Assembly: GCA_003240855.1 (NCBI GenBank) | Contig: QFNN01000003.1 | Coordinates: 5,413 to 69,412 of the forward strand | From: Sphingomonas sanxanigenens | Lineage (GTDB): Bacteria; Pseudomonadota; Alphaproteobacteria; Sphingomonadales; Sphingomonadaceae | Length of the DNA: 64,000 nt | Direction of reading: 5' to 3' | Shown: piece after piece, positions 10,914-19,774 of the stretch | Layout of the letters: the number at the start of each line of letters is the position of its first letter | Numbering within the stretch: the stretch's first letter is position 1 | Notes under the pieces: model-generated | Told to the model about the DNA's origin: nothing | The model's input: only the letters and a program-made list of their open reading frames with translations | Databases searched by the model: none | Program-made: the position numbers and the translations under genes

Positions 10914-10995
10914 GGTAAATGCGATAATGCCTGCTTGTCTGCGATTTTGGGGTTGATATGGATCGCTCAAACAGATTTGCAGCAGGAGCCTGAAG

Positions 10996-12489
10996 ATGCG
11001 CGATATCGACCATTTCGTCGTGGGCGGGGCTAGCGGCGCGGCGCGTTTCGGCGACGTGTTCGACCCCAATAGCGGCCAGGTGCAGGCGCGCGTCCCGCTG
11101 GGCGACAAGGCGCTGCTCGACACGGCGGTGGCCGCTGCGCAGGCTGCGCAGCCGGCATGGGCCGCAACCAATCCGCAGCGCCGCGCTCGCGTCATGTTCC
11201 GTTTCAAGGAACTGGTCGAGGCCAATATGGAAAGCCTCGCGCGGCTGCTGGCCTCCGAACATGGCAAGGTGGTTGCGGACGCCAAGGGCGATATTCAGCG
11301 CGGGCTTGAAGTCATCGAGTTCGCCTGCGGCATCCCCCATGCGCTGAAGGGCGAATATACGCAGGGCGCCGGGCCGGGGATCGACGTCTATTCGATGCGC
11401 CAGCCGCTGGGCATCGGCGCGGGCATCACGCCGTTCAACTTTCCGGCGATGATCCCGCTATGGATGTCGGGCGTGGCCATCGCCTGCGGCAATGCCTTCA
11501 TCCTGAAGCCGTCGGAGCGCGACCCCTCGGTGCCCGTGCGCCTTGCTGAACTGTTCCGCGAAGCGGGTCTGCCCGAAGGCATCCTGCAGGTCGTGCACGG
11601 CGACAAGGAAATGGTTGACGCGATCCTCGATCATCCCGCGATCAGCGCGGTGAGCTTCGTCGGTTCGTCGGACATCGCGCATTATGTCTATCGGCGCGGC
11701 GTCGATGCGGGCAAGCGCGTGCAGGCCATGGGCGGGGCGAAGAATCACGGCATCGTCATGCCCGACGCCGATCTCGATCAGGTGGTGAACGATCTGTCGG
11801 GCGCGGCCTTCGGCTCGGCGGGCGAGCGCTGCATGGCGCTGCCCGTCGTGGTGCCGGTGGGCGAAAAGACCGCAGACGCGCTTCGCGCCAAGCTGATTCC
11901 CGCGATCGAGGCGCTGCGGGTCGGCGTCTCGACCGATGCCGAGGCGCATTACGGCCCGGTGGTCAACGCGGCCCATAAGGCGCGCGTCGAGAACTGGATC
12001 CAGACCGGCGTCGACGAAGGCGCGGAACTGGTCGTCGACGGGCGCGGCTTCAAGCTGCAAGGGCATGAACAGGGCTTCTTCATCGGCCCGTCGCTCTTCG
12101 ATCGCGTCACGCCTGACATGCAGGCTTATAAGGAAGAGATTTTCGGGCCTGTCCTCCAGATCGTCCGCGCGCCTGATTTCGAGGCCGCGCTCAGGCTGCC
12201 GAGCGACCATCAATATGGCAACGGGGTCGCGATCTTCACGCGCAACGGCCATGCCGCGCGCGAGTTCGCCGCGCGCGTCAACGTCGGGATGGTCGGCATC
12301 AACGTGCCGATCCCGGTGCCCGTCGCCTACCACAGCTTTGGCGGCTGGAAGCGATCGGCCTTCGGCGACATCAACCAACACGGCATGGAGGGCGTCCGCT
12401 TCTGGACCAAGACCAAGACCGTGACCCAGCGCTGGCCCGACGGCAGCGCCGATGGCGGCAACGCTTTCGTCATTCCGACGATGGGGTGA
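10996..12489 (+). CDS. mmsA: methylmalonate-semialdehyde dehydrogenase (CoA-acylating)
   Basis: 497-aa aldehyde dehydrogenase with the sequence typical of MmsA (FGSAGERCMAL catalytic Cys region). It is the first gene of a valine-catabolism operon. Confidence 0.93.
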   Translation: MRDIDHFVVGGASGAARFGDVFDPNSGQVQARVPLGDKALLDTAVAAAQAAQPAWAATNPQRRARVMFRFKELVEANMESLARLLASEHGKVVADAKGDIQRGLEVIEFACGIPHALKGEYTQGAGPGIDVYSMRQPLGIGAGITPFNFPAMIPLWMSGVAIACGNAFILKPSERDPSVPVRLAELFREAGLPEGILQVVHGDKEMVDAILDHPAISAVSFVGSSDIAHYVYRRGVDAGKRVQAMGGAKNHGIVMPDADLDQVVNDLSGAAFGSAGERCMALPVVVPVGEKTADALRAKLIPAIEALRVGVSTDAEAHYGPVVNAAHKARVENWIQTGVDEGAELVVDGRGFKLQGHEQGFFIGPSLFDRVTPDMQAYKEEIFGPVLQIVRAPDFEAALRLPSDHQYGNGVAIFTRNGHAAREFAARVNVGMVGINVPIPVPVAYHSFGGWKRSAFGDINQHGMEGVRFWTKTKTVTQRWPDGSADGGNAFVIPTMG

Positions 12490-12520
12490 TAGGGACATTC
12501 GACTCAAGCCGGGGCAGACG

Positions 12521-13666
12521 ATGACCAACCAGTTCGATCTGACTGACGACCAGCGCGAGATACAGGAGCTTGCGCGCCGCTTTACCGCCGATCGCATTAC
12601 GCCTTTCGCCGCCGAATGGGACGAGAAGCATCATTATCCGGTCGATGTGTGGAAGGCGGCGGGCGAACTGGGCTTTGGGGCCATCTATGTCGCCGAGGAA
12701 TCGGGCGGGATCGGGCTGGGTCGGCTGGAGGCGGCGCTGATCATGGAAGCGATGGCCTATGGCTGTCCGGCGACCAGCGCCTATATTTCGATCCACAACA
12801 TGGCGACATGGATGATCGATCGTTTCGGCGATCAGGCGATCAAGGATCGCTTCCTTCCCGACCTTGTCAGCATGGAGAAGATCGCCAGCTATTGCCTGAC
12901 CGAGCCGGGATCGGGATCGGACGCCGCCGCACTCAAGACGAGCGCGCGCCGCGATGGCGACCATTATGTGCTCAATGGCGCCAAGCAGTTCATTTCGGGC
13001 GCGGGCTATAACGACATTTACGTCTGCATGGTGCGCACCAGTGAGGAGAAGTCGAAGGGCATTTCCTGCCTGGTCGTCGAGAAGGGCACGCCCGGCCTGT
13101 CGTTCGGCACCCCCGAGAAGAAGCTGGGGTGGAACGCGTCGCCGACCGCGCAGGTGATTTTCGAGGATTGCCGCGTGCCGGTCGAGAACCGCGTCGGCGC
13201 GGAAGGCGATGGTTTCCGCTTCGCGATGGCGGGGCTCGACGGCGGGCGGCTCAATATCGGCGCCTGCTCGCTGGGCGGCGCGCAACGCTGCCTTGACGAG
13301 GCGGTGAAATATACCAGGGAGCGCCAGCAGTTCGGGCAGCCGGTCGCTGATTTCCAGAATACGCAGTTCATGCTCGCGGACATGGCGACCGATCTGGAAG
13401 CGGCGCGCGCGCTGCTTTACCTCGCGGCGGCCAAGGTCAATGCGAATGCGCCCGACAAGTCGCGCTTCTCGGCGATGGCGAAGCGGCTGGCGACTGATAA
13501 TGGCAGCTCGATCGTCGATCGTGCGCTCCAGCTCCACGGGGGCTACGGCTATCTGCGCGATTATCCGATCGAGCGCTTCTGGCGCGACCTGCGCGTCCAT
13601 TCGATCCTGGAAGGCACTAATCAAGTGATGCGGATGATAGTCGGGCGGGAGCTGACGCGCCAATGA
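12521..13666 (+). CDS. acyl-CoA dehydrogenase (isobutyryl-CoA dehydrogenase-like)
   Basis: Full-length ACAD fold ending in the IYEGTNQ-type motif (ILEGTNQVMRMIV). Start set at MTNQFDL. Context is the mms operon. Confidence 0.9.
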   Translation: MTNQFDLTDDQREIQELARRFTADRITPFAAEWDEKHHYPVDVWKAAGELGFGAIYVAEESGGIGLGRLEAALIMEAMAYGCPATSAYISIHNMATWMIDRFGDQAIKDRFLPDLVSMEKIASYCLTEPGSGSDAAALKTSARRDGDHYVLNGAKQFISGAGYNDIYVCMVRTSEEKSKGISCLVVEKGTPGLSFGTPEKKLGWNASPTAQVIFEDCRVPVENRVGAEGDGFRFAMAGLDGGRLNIGACSLGGAQRCLDEAVKYTRERQQFGQPVADFQNTQFMLADMATDLEAARALLYLAAAKVNANAPDKSRFSAMAKRLATDNGSSIVDRALQLHGGYGYLRDYPIERFWRDLRVHSILEGTNQVMRMIVGRELTRQ

Positions 13667-14703
13667 GCGATGTACTGACTGCGGTCGAGGGCAGGGCGGG
13701 GTGTATCCGGCTCAACCGTCCCAAAGCCATCCATGCGCTCAATCTCCCGATGTGCGAGGCGATGCTGGCGGCGCTCGAAGCGTGGCGGATTGATTCCGCG
13801 GTCGATCTGCTGATGATCGACCATGCCGAGGGCAGAGGATTCTGCGCCGGCGGCGACATTCGCATGCTGGCGGACAGCGGCGCGAAGGACGGTGTGGAGG
13901 CGCGCGCTTTCTTCCACACCGAATATCGCCTCAACAACCGGCTGTTCACCTATGCGAAGCCGACGGTCGCTTTCATGGATGGGATAACGATGGGCGGGGG
14001 CGTCGGCATATCAATGCCCTGCCGTTTCCGCGTGGCGACCGAGAACAGCAAGTTCGCCATGCCCGAAACGGGGATCGGCCTGTTCCCCGATGTCGGCGGC
14101 GGCTGGTATCTCTCGCGTCTGCCGGGACGCGTCGGGCAATTTCTTGCGCTGACCGGGGCGCGGCTCGACGGGGCGGAATGCCTGTATCTCGGCATTGCGA
14201 CTCATTATATTCCCACTGCGTCGCTCGACGAGGTGAAAGAAAAGATCGCCGCCGATCCTTCCGCTGTCGAGGCCATTCTCGATGCCTTCTCGGAAGAGCC
14301 GCCGGCGGCGCGGATCGAGGACAATCTCGATGCCATCGAACAGCTTTTCGCGTCGGACCGGCTAGAGGATATCTACGCGGCGCTGCAGGCTGACGGTTCT
14401 GACTGGGCGCGGAAGGAGCTGGCGACGCTCGAAACCAAATCGCCTCAGACGATGAAAGTCGCGCTCCGCCTGCTCGCGGAAGGCACGGAGATGAAGAGTT
14501 TCGCCGATGAAATGGCGCAGGAATATGCGGTCGGCAGCCGCGTCGTGATGCGGCACGACTTTATCGAGGGCGTACGCGCTGTCATCATCGACAAGGATAA
14601 TGCGCCCAGGTGGAATCCGGCGACGCCCGAGGGCGTCAGCGACGCGCTGATCGACGAGATTTTTGCGCCGCTTCCCGCCGGGGAAGCTTGGACGCCCGCC
14701 TGA
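13663..14703 (+). CDS. 3-hydroxyisobutyryl-CoA hydrolase (crotonase superfamily)
   Basis: 346-aa long-form crotonase with FCAGGD and [14 protein letters not shown] motifs, characteristic of HIBCH-type enzymes. It has an ATGA overlap with the ACAD gene. Confidence 0.85.
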   Translation: MSDVLTAVEGRAGCIRLNRPKAIHALNLPMCEAMLAALEAWRIDSAVDLLMIDHAEGRGFCAGGDIRMLADSGAKDGVEARAFFHTEYRLNNRLFTYAKPTVAFMDGITMGGGVGISMPCRFRVATENSKFAMPETGIGLFPDVGGGWYLSRLPGRVGQFLALTGARLDGAECLYLGIATHYIPTASLDEVKEKIAADPSAVEAILDAFSEEPPAARIEDNLDAIEQLFASDRLEDIYAALQADGSDWARKELATLETKSPQTMKVALRLLAEGTEMKSFADEMAQEYAVGSRVVMRHDFIEGVRAVIIDKDNAPRWNPATPEGVSDALIDEIFAPLPAGEAWTPA

Positions 14704-14735
14704 CGATTCCGTCCAAAATCCAAGGAGAAGCCAAT

Positions 14736-15512
14736 ATGGCGAGTTACGAAACGCTTCTGGTCGAACAACGCGGGCCGGTTACGTTGATTACGCTCAACCG
14801 TCCCCATGCGCTCAATGCGCTCAACTCCGTGGTGCTGGGCGACCTGATTGCGGCGCTCGGCGCTTTCGATGCGGACGAGACGCAGGGCTGCGCCGTCATT
14901 ACCGGCAGCGAGAAGGCGTTCGCCGCGGGCGCGGACATCAAGGAAATGTCCGATCAGGGCTTTGCCGACATGTTCGGCGTCAATTTCTTCGCAGGCTATG
15001 ATCGCGTCACGGCGACGCGGAAGCCGGTGATCGCGGCGGTGGCCGGCTATGCACTCGGCGGTGGTTGCGAACTGGCGATGATGTGCGATTTCATTCTCGC
15101 GGCGGATACGGCGAAGTTCGGCCAGCCCGAAATCAAGCTGGGCGTATCCCCCGGAATGGGGGGATCGCAGCGGCTGACCCGCGCGGTCGGCAAGGCCAAG
15201 GCGATGGAAATGTGTCTGACCGGCCGGATGATGGACGCGACCGAGGCCGAGCGCGCCGGGCTGGTATCGCGCGTCATTCCTGCGGCCGATCTGATCGAGG
15301 AGGCGGTCAAGACCGCGACGGCGATCGCGGGTATGCCGCCGCTCGCGGTCAAGGCGAACAAGGAAATGGTCAACACCGCGTTCGAGACGACGCTCCATCA
15401 GGGCATCATGTTCGAGCGTCGCCTGTTCCACGCACTGTTTTCCACCGCTGACCAGAAGGAAGGCATGGCCGCTTTCATCGAGAAGCGCCCGGGTCACTGG
15501 ACCGGAAAATGA
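14736..15512 (+). CDS. enoyl-CoA hydratase
   Basis: 258-aa short-chain crotonase ([26 protein letters not shown]). AAGGAG RBS at 14722-14727. Confidence 0.9.
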   Translation: MASYETLLVEQRGPVTLITLNRPHALNALNSVVLGDLIAALGAFDADETQGCAVITGSEKAFAAGADIKEMSDQGFADMFGVNFFAGYDRVTATRKPVIAAVAGYALGGGCELAMMCDFILAADTAKFGQPEIKLGVSPGMGGSQRLTRAVGKAKAMEMCLTGRMMDATEAERAGLVSRVIPAADLIEEAVKTATAIAGMPPLAVKANKEMVNTAFETTLHQGIMFERRLFHALFSTADQKEGMAAFIEKRPGHWTGK

Positions 15513-15571
15513 GGGGCTGCCTCAGCCCGTCCCGAGAGGGTTGGGTTGGCGGCTTTCAAGACGTCTTTCGT

Positions 15572-15625
15572 GTCGAGCGAAGTCGAGACATGCTGAAGCG
15601 AACCGACGTCCCTCGACTTCGCTCG
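15572..15625. repeat. REP-like imperfect inverted repeat (GTCGAGCGAAGTCGAG ... CTCGACTTCGCTCG) inside the mms operon
   Basis: The arms read directly from the sequence at 15572-15587 and 15612-15625. The element sits in the 139-bp gap between the hydratase gene and mmsB. Confidence 0.6.
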
Positions 15626-15651
15626 GGACGAACGGATGGAGAGGATCAAGA

Positions 15652-16542
15652 ATGGCGCGCATCGGCTTTATCGGGCTGGGCAATATGGGCGGTGGAATGG
15701 CCGCCAATCTGGCGAAGGGCGGGCATGACGTGCGCGCCTTCGACCTTTCGGCCGAAGCGCTCGATCGGGCGAGGCAGGCTGGGTGTCTGCCTGTTGAAAG
15801 CGCGAGCGCGGCGGCCGAGGGCGCCGAGGCGATCGTCACCATGCTTCCCGCCGGAAGGCATGTCGCGCAGGTTTATGCGGAATCGCTCGTCGGCGCTGCA
15901 ACTCCGGGCACGCTGCTGATCGATTGCTCGACGATCGATGTGGCGACTGCGCGCAAGGTTGCGATCGAGGCGGAAGCGAAGGGTTATGCCGCAGTCGATG
16001 CCCCCGTTTCGGGCGGTATCGCGGCGGCCAATGGCGGCACGTTGACTTTCATGGTCGGCGGTTCGGCCGAGGCTTTCCACCGCGCCGAGCCGATCCTGAC
16101 GCTGATGGGCAAGGCGGTGATCCATGCCGGCGGCCCCGGTGCGGGGCAGGCGGCGAAGATCGCCAACAACATGCTGCTTGGCGCGACGATGGTGGCGACG
16201 TGCGAAGCCTTCCTGCTGGCCCAGAAGCTTGGTCTCGATGCGCAGACCTTCTTTGACATCTCGTCGCGGGCATCGGGGCAGAGCTGGTCGATGACCAGCT
16301 ATTGCCCGGTCCCCGGCGTCGGCCCGGAAACACCTGCGGATCGCGATTATCAGGGCGGCTTCGCGACCGCGCTGATGCTCAAGGATCTGAAGCTCGCGGT
16401 CGAGGCGGCAAGCGGGGCCGACGCCAGCGTGCCGATGGGCGCGAACGCGATGGCGCTCTATCAGGCTTTCGCCAACGCCGGGCATGGCGGACTCGATTTT
16501 TCGGCGATCATCCGCATGCTCGGCGGCGAAACGGGCAGGTAG
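15652..16542 (+). CDS. mmsB: 3-hydroxyisobutyrate dehydrogenase
   Basis: N-terminal Rossmann motif IGFIGLGNMGGGMA and a full-length HIBADH-family sequence. Start set at MARIGFIG. Confidence 0.92.
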   Translation: MARIGFIGLGNMGGGMAANLAKGGHDVRAFDLSAEALDRARQAGCLPVESASAAAEGAEAIVTMLPAGRHVAQVYAESLVGAATPGTLLIDCSTIDVATARKVAIEAEAKGYAAVDAPVSGGIAAANGGTLTFMVGGSAEAFHRAEPILTLMGKAVIHAGGPGAGQAAKIANNMLLGATMVATCEAFLLAQKLGLDAQTFFDISSRASGQSWSMTSYCPVPGVGPETPADRDYQGGFATALMLKDLKLAVEAASGADASVPMGANAMALYQAFANAGHGGLDFSAIIRMLGGETGR

Positions 16543-16569
16543 GGCGCACTTTTCGCTTGAACCTTCCCC

Positions 16570-16653
16570 GGCATTCCCGCGAAAGCGGGTGTCCATGAGC
16601 ATAGGCTTGCCCTGAAAAGGTGGTGGGCCCGGATTCCCGCTTTTGCGGGAGTG
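16570..16653. repeat. pair of direct REP-like hairpin units (ATTCCCGC-GAAA-GCGGG and ATTCCCGC-TTTT-GCGGG)
   Basis: The hairpins are at 16576-16589 and 16636-16649, each preceded by GG(C)ATT. They lie downstream of mmsB and abut the listed proS start. Confidence 0.6.
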
Positions 16654-18210
16654 ACGATATTCTTTGAGGTTCGAGCATTGAAACACGCGCTTTCCGTTAC
16701 CCGCGAGCAGGATTTCGCCGCCTGGTATCAGGCGGTCATCGCCGAGGCCGACATGGCCGAGGATTCGGGAGTGCGCGGCTGCATGGTGATGCTGCCGTGG
16801 GGCTATGGCATCTGGGAGCGGATCCAGCGTCTGCTTGACGCGCGCATCCGCAACCTGGGCTATGACAATACCTATTTTCCCCTCTTCATCCCGCTTTCCT
16901 ACTTCGAGAAGGAAGCCGAGCATGTTGAGGGCTTCGCCAAGGAAATGGCGGTCGTCACGCATCACCGGCTGATCCCTGATGGCAAGGGCGGGCTCGTTCC
17001 CGATCCCGCCGCGAAGCTCGAGGAGCCGCTGATCGTCCGCCCGACGAGCGAGACGGTCATCGGCGCGGGTTTCTCGCGCTGGATCCAGTCGTGGCGCGAC
17101 CTGCCGGTGCAGATCAACCAGTGGGCGAATGTCGTGCGCTGGGAAATGCGCACGCGCATGTTCCTGCGCACGGCTGAGTTCCTGTGGCAGGAAGGCCATG
17201 CGGCCTATGCCGATGCCAACCAGGCGAAGGTCGAGACCGCCAAGGCGCTTGAACTGTACCGCAGCTTCGCCGAGGATTGCGTCGCGATGCCCGTGGTTGC
17301 CGGCGAGAAGCCGGAGAATGAGCGCTTCCCCGGCGCCGTCGAGACCTGGTCGATCGAGGCGATGATGCAGGACGGCAAGGCTCTGCAGGCCGGCACCTCG
17401 CATTATCTCGGCACCCATTTCGCCGAGGCGCAGAATATCCGCTTCCAGAATCAGGAAGGCCAGTTCGAGCCGGCGCACACGATAAGCTGGGGCATGTCGA
17501 CGCGCATGGTCGGCGGCCTGATCATGGTGCATGGCGATGACGATGGGCTGCGTGTGCCGCCGCAAGTCGCGCCCTGGCAGATCGTCATCGTGCCGATGCT
17601 GCGCGACAATGACGAGGATGAAGTGCTGATCGCCTATTGTCGCGAGGTAAAGGAAGCGCTCGCGGCGCGGCAGGCGTTTGGCGAGCCGATCCGCGTCCTC
17701 CTCGATCTCAAGGCGACCAAGGCGGCGACCAAGCGCTGGGGCTGGGTCAAGAAAGGCGCGCCGATCGTCGTCGAAGTGGGCGGGCGCGATATGGCTGGCG
17801 GCAACGTCTCGATCATCCGCCGCGATCGCCTCTACCGCGAGGATGGCAAGCTCGACAGCGCGATTGTGACGCGCGACGCCTTCGTCGACGGCGCGGCCGA
17901 AACGCTGGCGGCGATCGAAAAGACGCTGTTCGCCGGGGCCAGGGCGCGGATGGAAGCCAATATCCGCCGTGACGTGACTGACATGACCACGCTCGCCGAT
18001 CATTTCGCCGAAGGCAATCGCTACCCCGGCTGGGTCGAGGTGCAATGGTCGAAGCCGACCGGCGCGGCGCTCGACAAGGTCGTCGAGACGCTGAAAGGGC
18101 TGAAGCTGACGTTGCGCAACACCCCGCGCGATGCGACGGCGGCGGACGGCGACTGCATCTTTACAGGCGCGCCCGCAGTCGAGCGCGTTCTCGTCGCCCG
18201 CGCTTACTGA
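16651..18210 (+). CDS. proS: proline--tRNA ligase (class II; short form without the large editing insertion)
   Basis: Conserved ProRS sequence (FAAWYQAVI..., RPTSETVIG, class II motifs). The start is uncertain: the GTG at 16651 overlaps the REP hairpin, and an in-frame TTG at 16678 is an alternative. Confidence 0.92.
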   Translation: MTIFFEVRALKHALSVTREQDFAAWYQAVIAEADMAEDSGVRGCMVMLPWGYGIWERIQRLLDARIRNLGYDNTYFPLFIPLSYFEKEAEHVEGFAKEMAVVTHHRLIPDGKGGLVPDPAAKLEEPLIVRPTSETVIGAGFSRWIQSWRDLPVQINQWANVVRWEMRTRMFLRTAEFLWQEGHAAYADANQAKVETAKALELYRSFAEDCVAMPVVAGEKPENERFPGAVETWSIEAMMQDGKALQAGTSHYLGTHFAEAQNIRFQNQEGQFEPAHTISWGMSTRMVGGLIMVHGDDDGLRVPPQVAPWQIVIVPMLRDNDEDEVLIAYCREVKEALAARQAFGEPIRVLLDLKATKAATKRWGWVKKGAPIVVEVGGRDMAGGNVSIIRRDRLYREDGKLDSAIVTRDAFVDGAAETLAAIEKTLFAGARARMEANIRRDVTDMTTLADHFAEGNRYPGWVEVQWSKPTGAALDKVVETLKGLKLTLRNTPRDATAADGDCIFTGAPAVERVLVARAY

Positions 18211-19652
18211 TCGAGCCAGGCCTGGAGGCGCGTCGCCGTCTCCGGGCCGGTTTCCAGCCCGAGACGGGTGCGCCGCCAGAGGATATCCTCGGCGGTGACG
18301 GCCCATTCGCGCGCGACGAGCCATTCGACTTCGCGCTCGGTCAGCCCGCCGCCGAAATCCTCGCCCAGTCCTTCGGCATCGCGCGCGTCGCCGATCACCG
18401 CCTCCAGCATCGTCCCATAAGCGCGCGCCATGCGCAGCGTGCGTTCCGGCCCCAGAAAGTGCCATCGCGCCTGCGCCCTTCCGACGAAGTCGTCGAAATG
18501 CGCGATGTCGCCGCCCGGGAAAATGCGCGCGCGGGTGACTGGCGCTACTCGCCTGCCCAGTGCGGGACCGATCTTGGCCAACGCATCCTCGCCAAGCTGC
18601 CGCGCGGTAGTGATCTTGCCGCCGAATATGCCGAGCAGCGGCGCGGCGCTATCCTCTAGTTCCAGTACATAGTCGCGCGTCACCTGTCGCGCCTCGCTGG
18701 CGCCATCGTCATAAAGCGACCGGACTCCGGAATAGCTGGAGACGATGTCGGCGCGGCTTGCCTGCCGCGTGAAATGACTGTTCACGGACCGGAGAAGATA
18801 ATCGATCTCGCCTTCGTCGATGACCGCATCCTGTGGCTTCTGGACCGGAATGTCGGTGGTGCCGATCAGCGTGAAATGATCGCGATAGGGGATGGCGAAC
18901 ACGATGCGGCGGTCGGGCTGCTGGAGGATATAGGCCTGATCGCCCTCAAACAGCTTGCGCGTGATGATATGGCTGCCCTTGATCAGCCGCGCGCCTGCGC
19001 TCGCATGGGCGCCGAGCAGCCTGTTGACCTCGGGTACCCATGGTCCGGCCGCATTGACGATCATGCGCGCATCCACCGAGCGACCATCGCTCAGCGTCGC
19101 GCGCCAGCCATCGGGGCCGCGATCGGCAGCGGTGACGGCGGAGCGCGTTGCGATTTCCGCGCCATTGTCCGCCGCGTCGCGTGCGTTGAGGATGACGAGG
19201 CGCGAATCGTCGACCCAGGCGTCGGAATAGACGAAGCCCCTGCCGCGTCCTTTGAGCGGCGCGCGGTAAAGCCAGTCGTCTGCGCGCAACCCGCGCGACT
19301 TGGCCAGCGACATGCGGCCGCCGAGATGATCGTAGAGGAACAGCCCGGCGCGGACCATCAGCCACGGGCGCAGCCTGTTCTCGTGCGGCAATATGAAGGT
19401 GAGCGGGTGGATCAGATGCGGCGCGGCTTTCAACAGTCGCTCGCGCTCGATCAACGCCTCGCGCACCAGTTTGAAGTCATAATATTCAAGGTAGCGGAGG
19501 CCGCCATGGATCAGCTTGGTCGATGAGGATGAGGTAGCCGAAGCCAGGTCATTCTTCTCGACGAGCAGCACGGACAGACCATTGAGCACAGCTTCGCGCG
19601 CGATGGCGGCGCCGTTTATTCCACCGCCGATAATCAGAAGATCGTAGGTCAC
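18204..19652 (-). CDS. glpD: FAD-dependent glycerol-3-phosphate dehydrogenase
   Basis: N-terminal DLLIIGGGINGAAIA dinucleotide fold and a conserved GlpD motif (KLIHGGLRYLE). Its stop overlaps the proS stop (TTACTGA). Confidence 0.92.
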   Translation of the reverse strand: MTYDLLIIGGGINGAAIAREAVLNGLSVLLVEKNDLASATSSSSTKLIHGGLRYLEYYDFKLVREALIERERLLKAAPHLIHPLTFILPHENRLRPWLMVRAGLFLYDHLGGRMSLAKSRGLRADDWLYRAPLKGRGRGFVYSDAWVDDSRLVILNARDAADNGAEIATRSAVTAADRGPDGWRATLSDGRSVDARMIVNAAGPWVPEVNRLLGAHASAGARLIKGSHIITRKLFEGDQAYILQQPDRRIVFAIPYRDHFTLIGTTDIPVQKPQDAVIDEGEIDYLLRSVNSHFTRQASRADIVSSYSGVRSLYDDGASEARQVTRDYVLELEDSAAPLLGIFGGKITTARQLGEDALAKIGPALGRRVAPVTRARIFPGGDIAHFDDFVGRAQARWHFLGPERTLRMARAYGTMLEAVIGDARDAEGLGEDFGGGLTEREVEWLVAREWAVTAEDILWRRTRLGLETGPETATRLQAWLDQ

Positions 19653-19774
19653 GCGCTTTGGCTAAAGACAATTGGGGCGGCGCGCCAGTCGCTGGCATCG
19701 CGGTGATGTTCTACCGGCTCAGGCCGATGCCAACAACCATGGCGCGATCCGCCGGCAGCCCCTAGACTCCGCCG

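Noticed and set aside
15646-18465. 939-aa ORF on the minus strand spanning mmsB, the repeat region and proS
   Set aside because: It is antisense to two highly conserved genes. Its translation is Arg/Ala/Gly/Asp-rich with no recognisable motif, which is typical of a shadow ORF in a high-GC genome.
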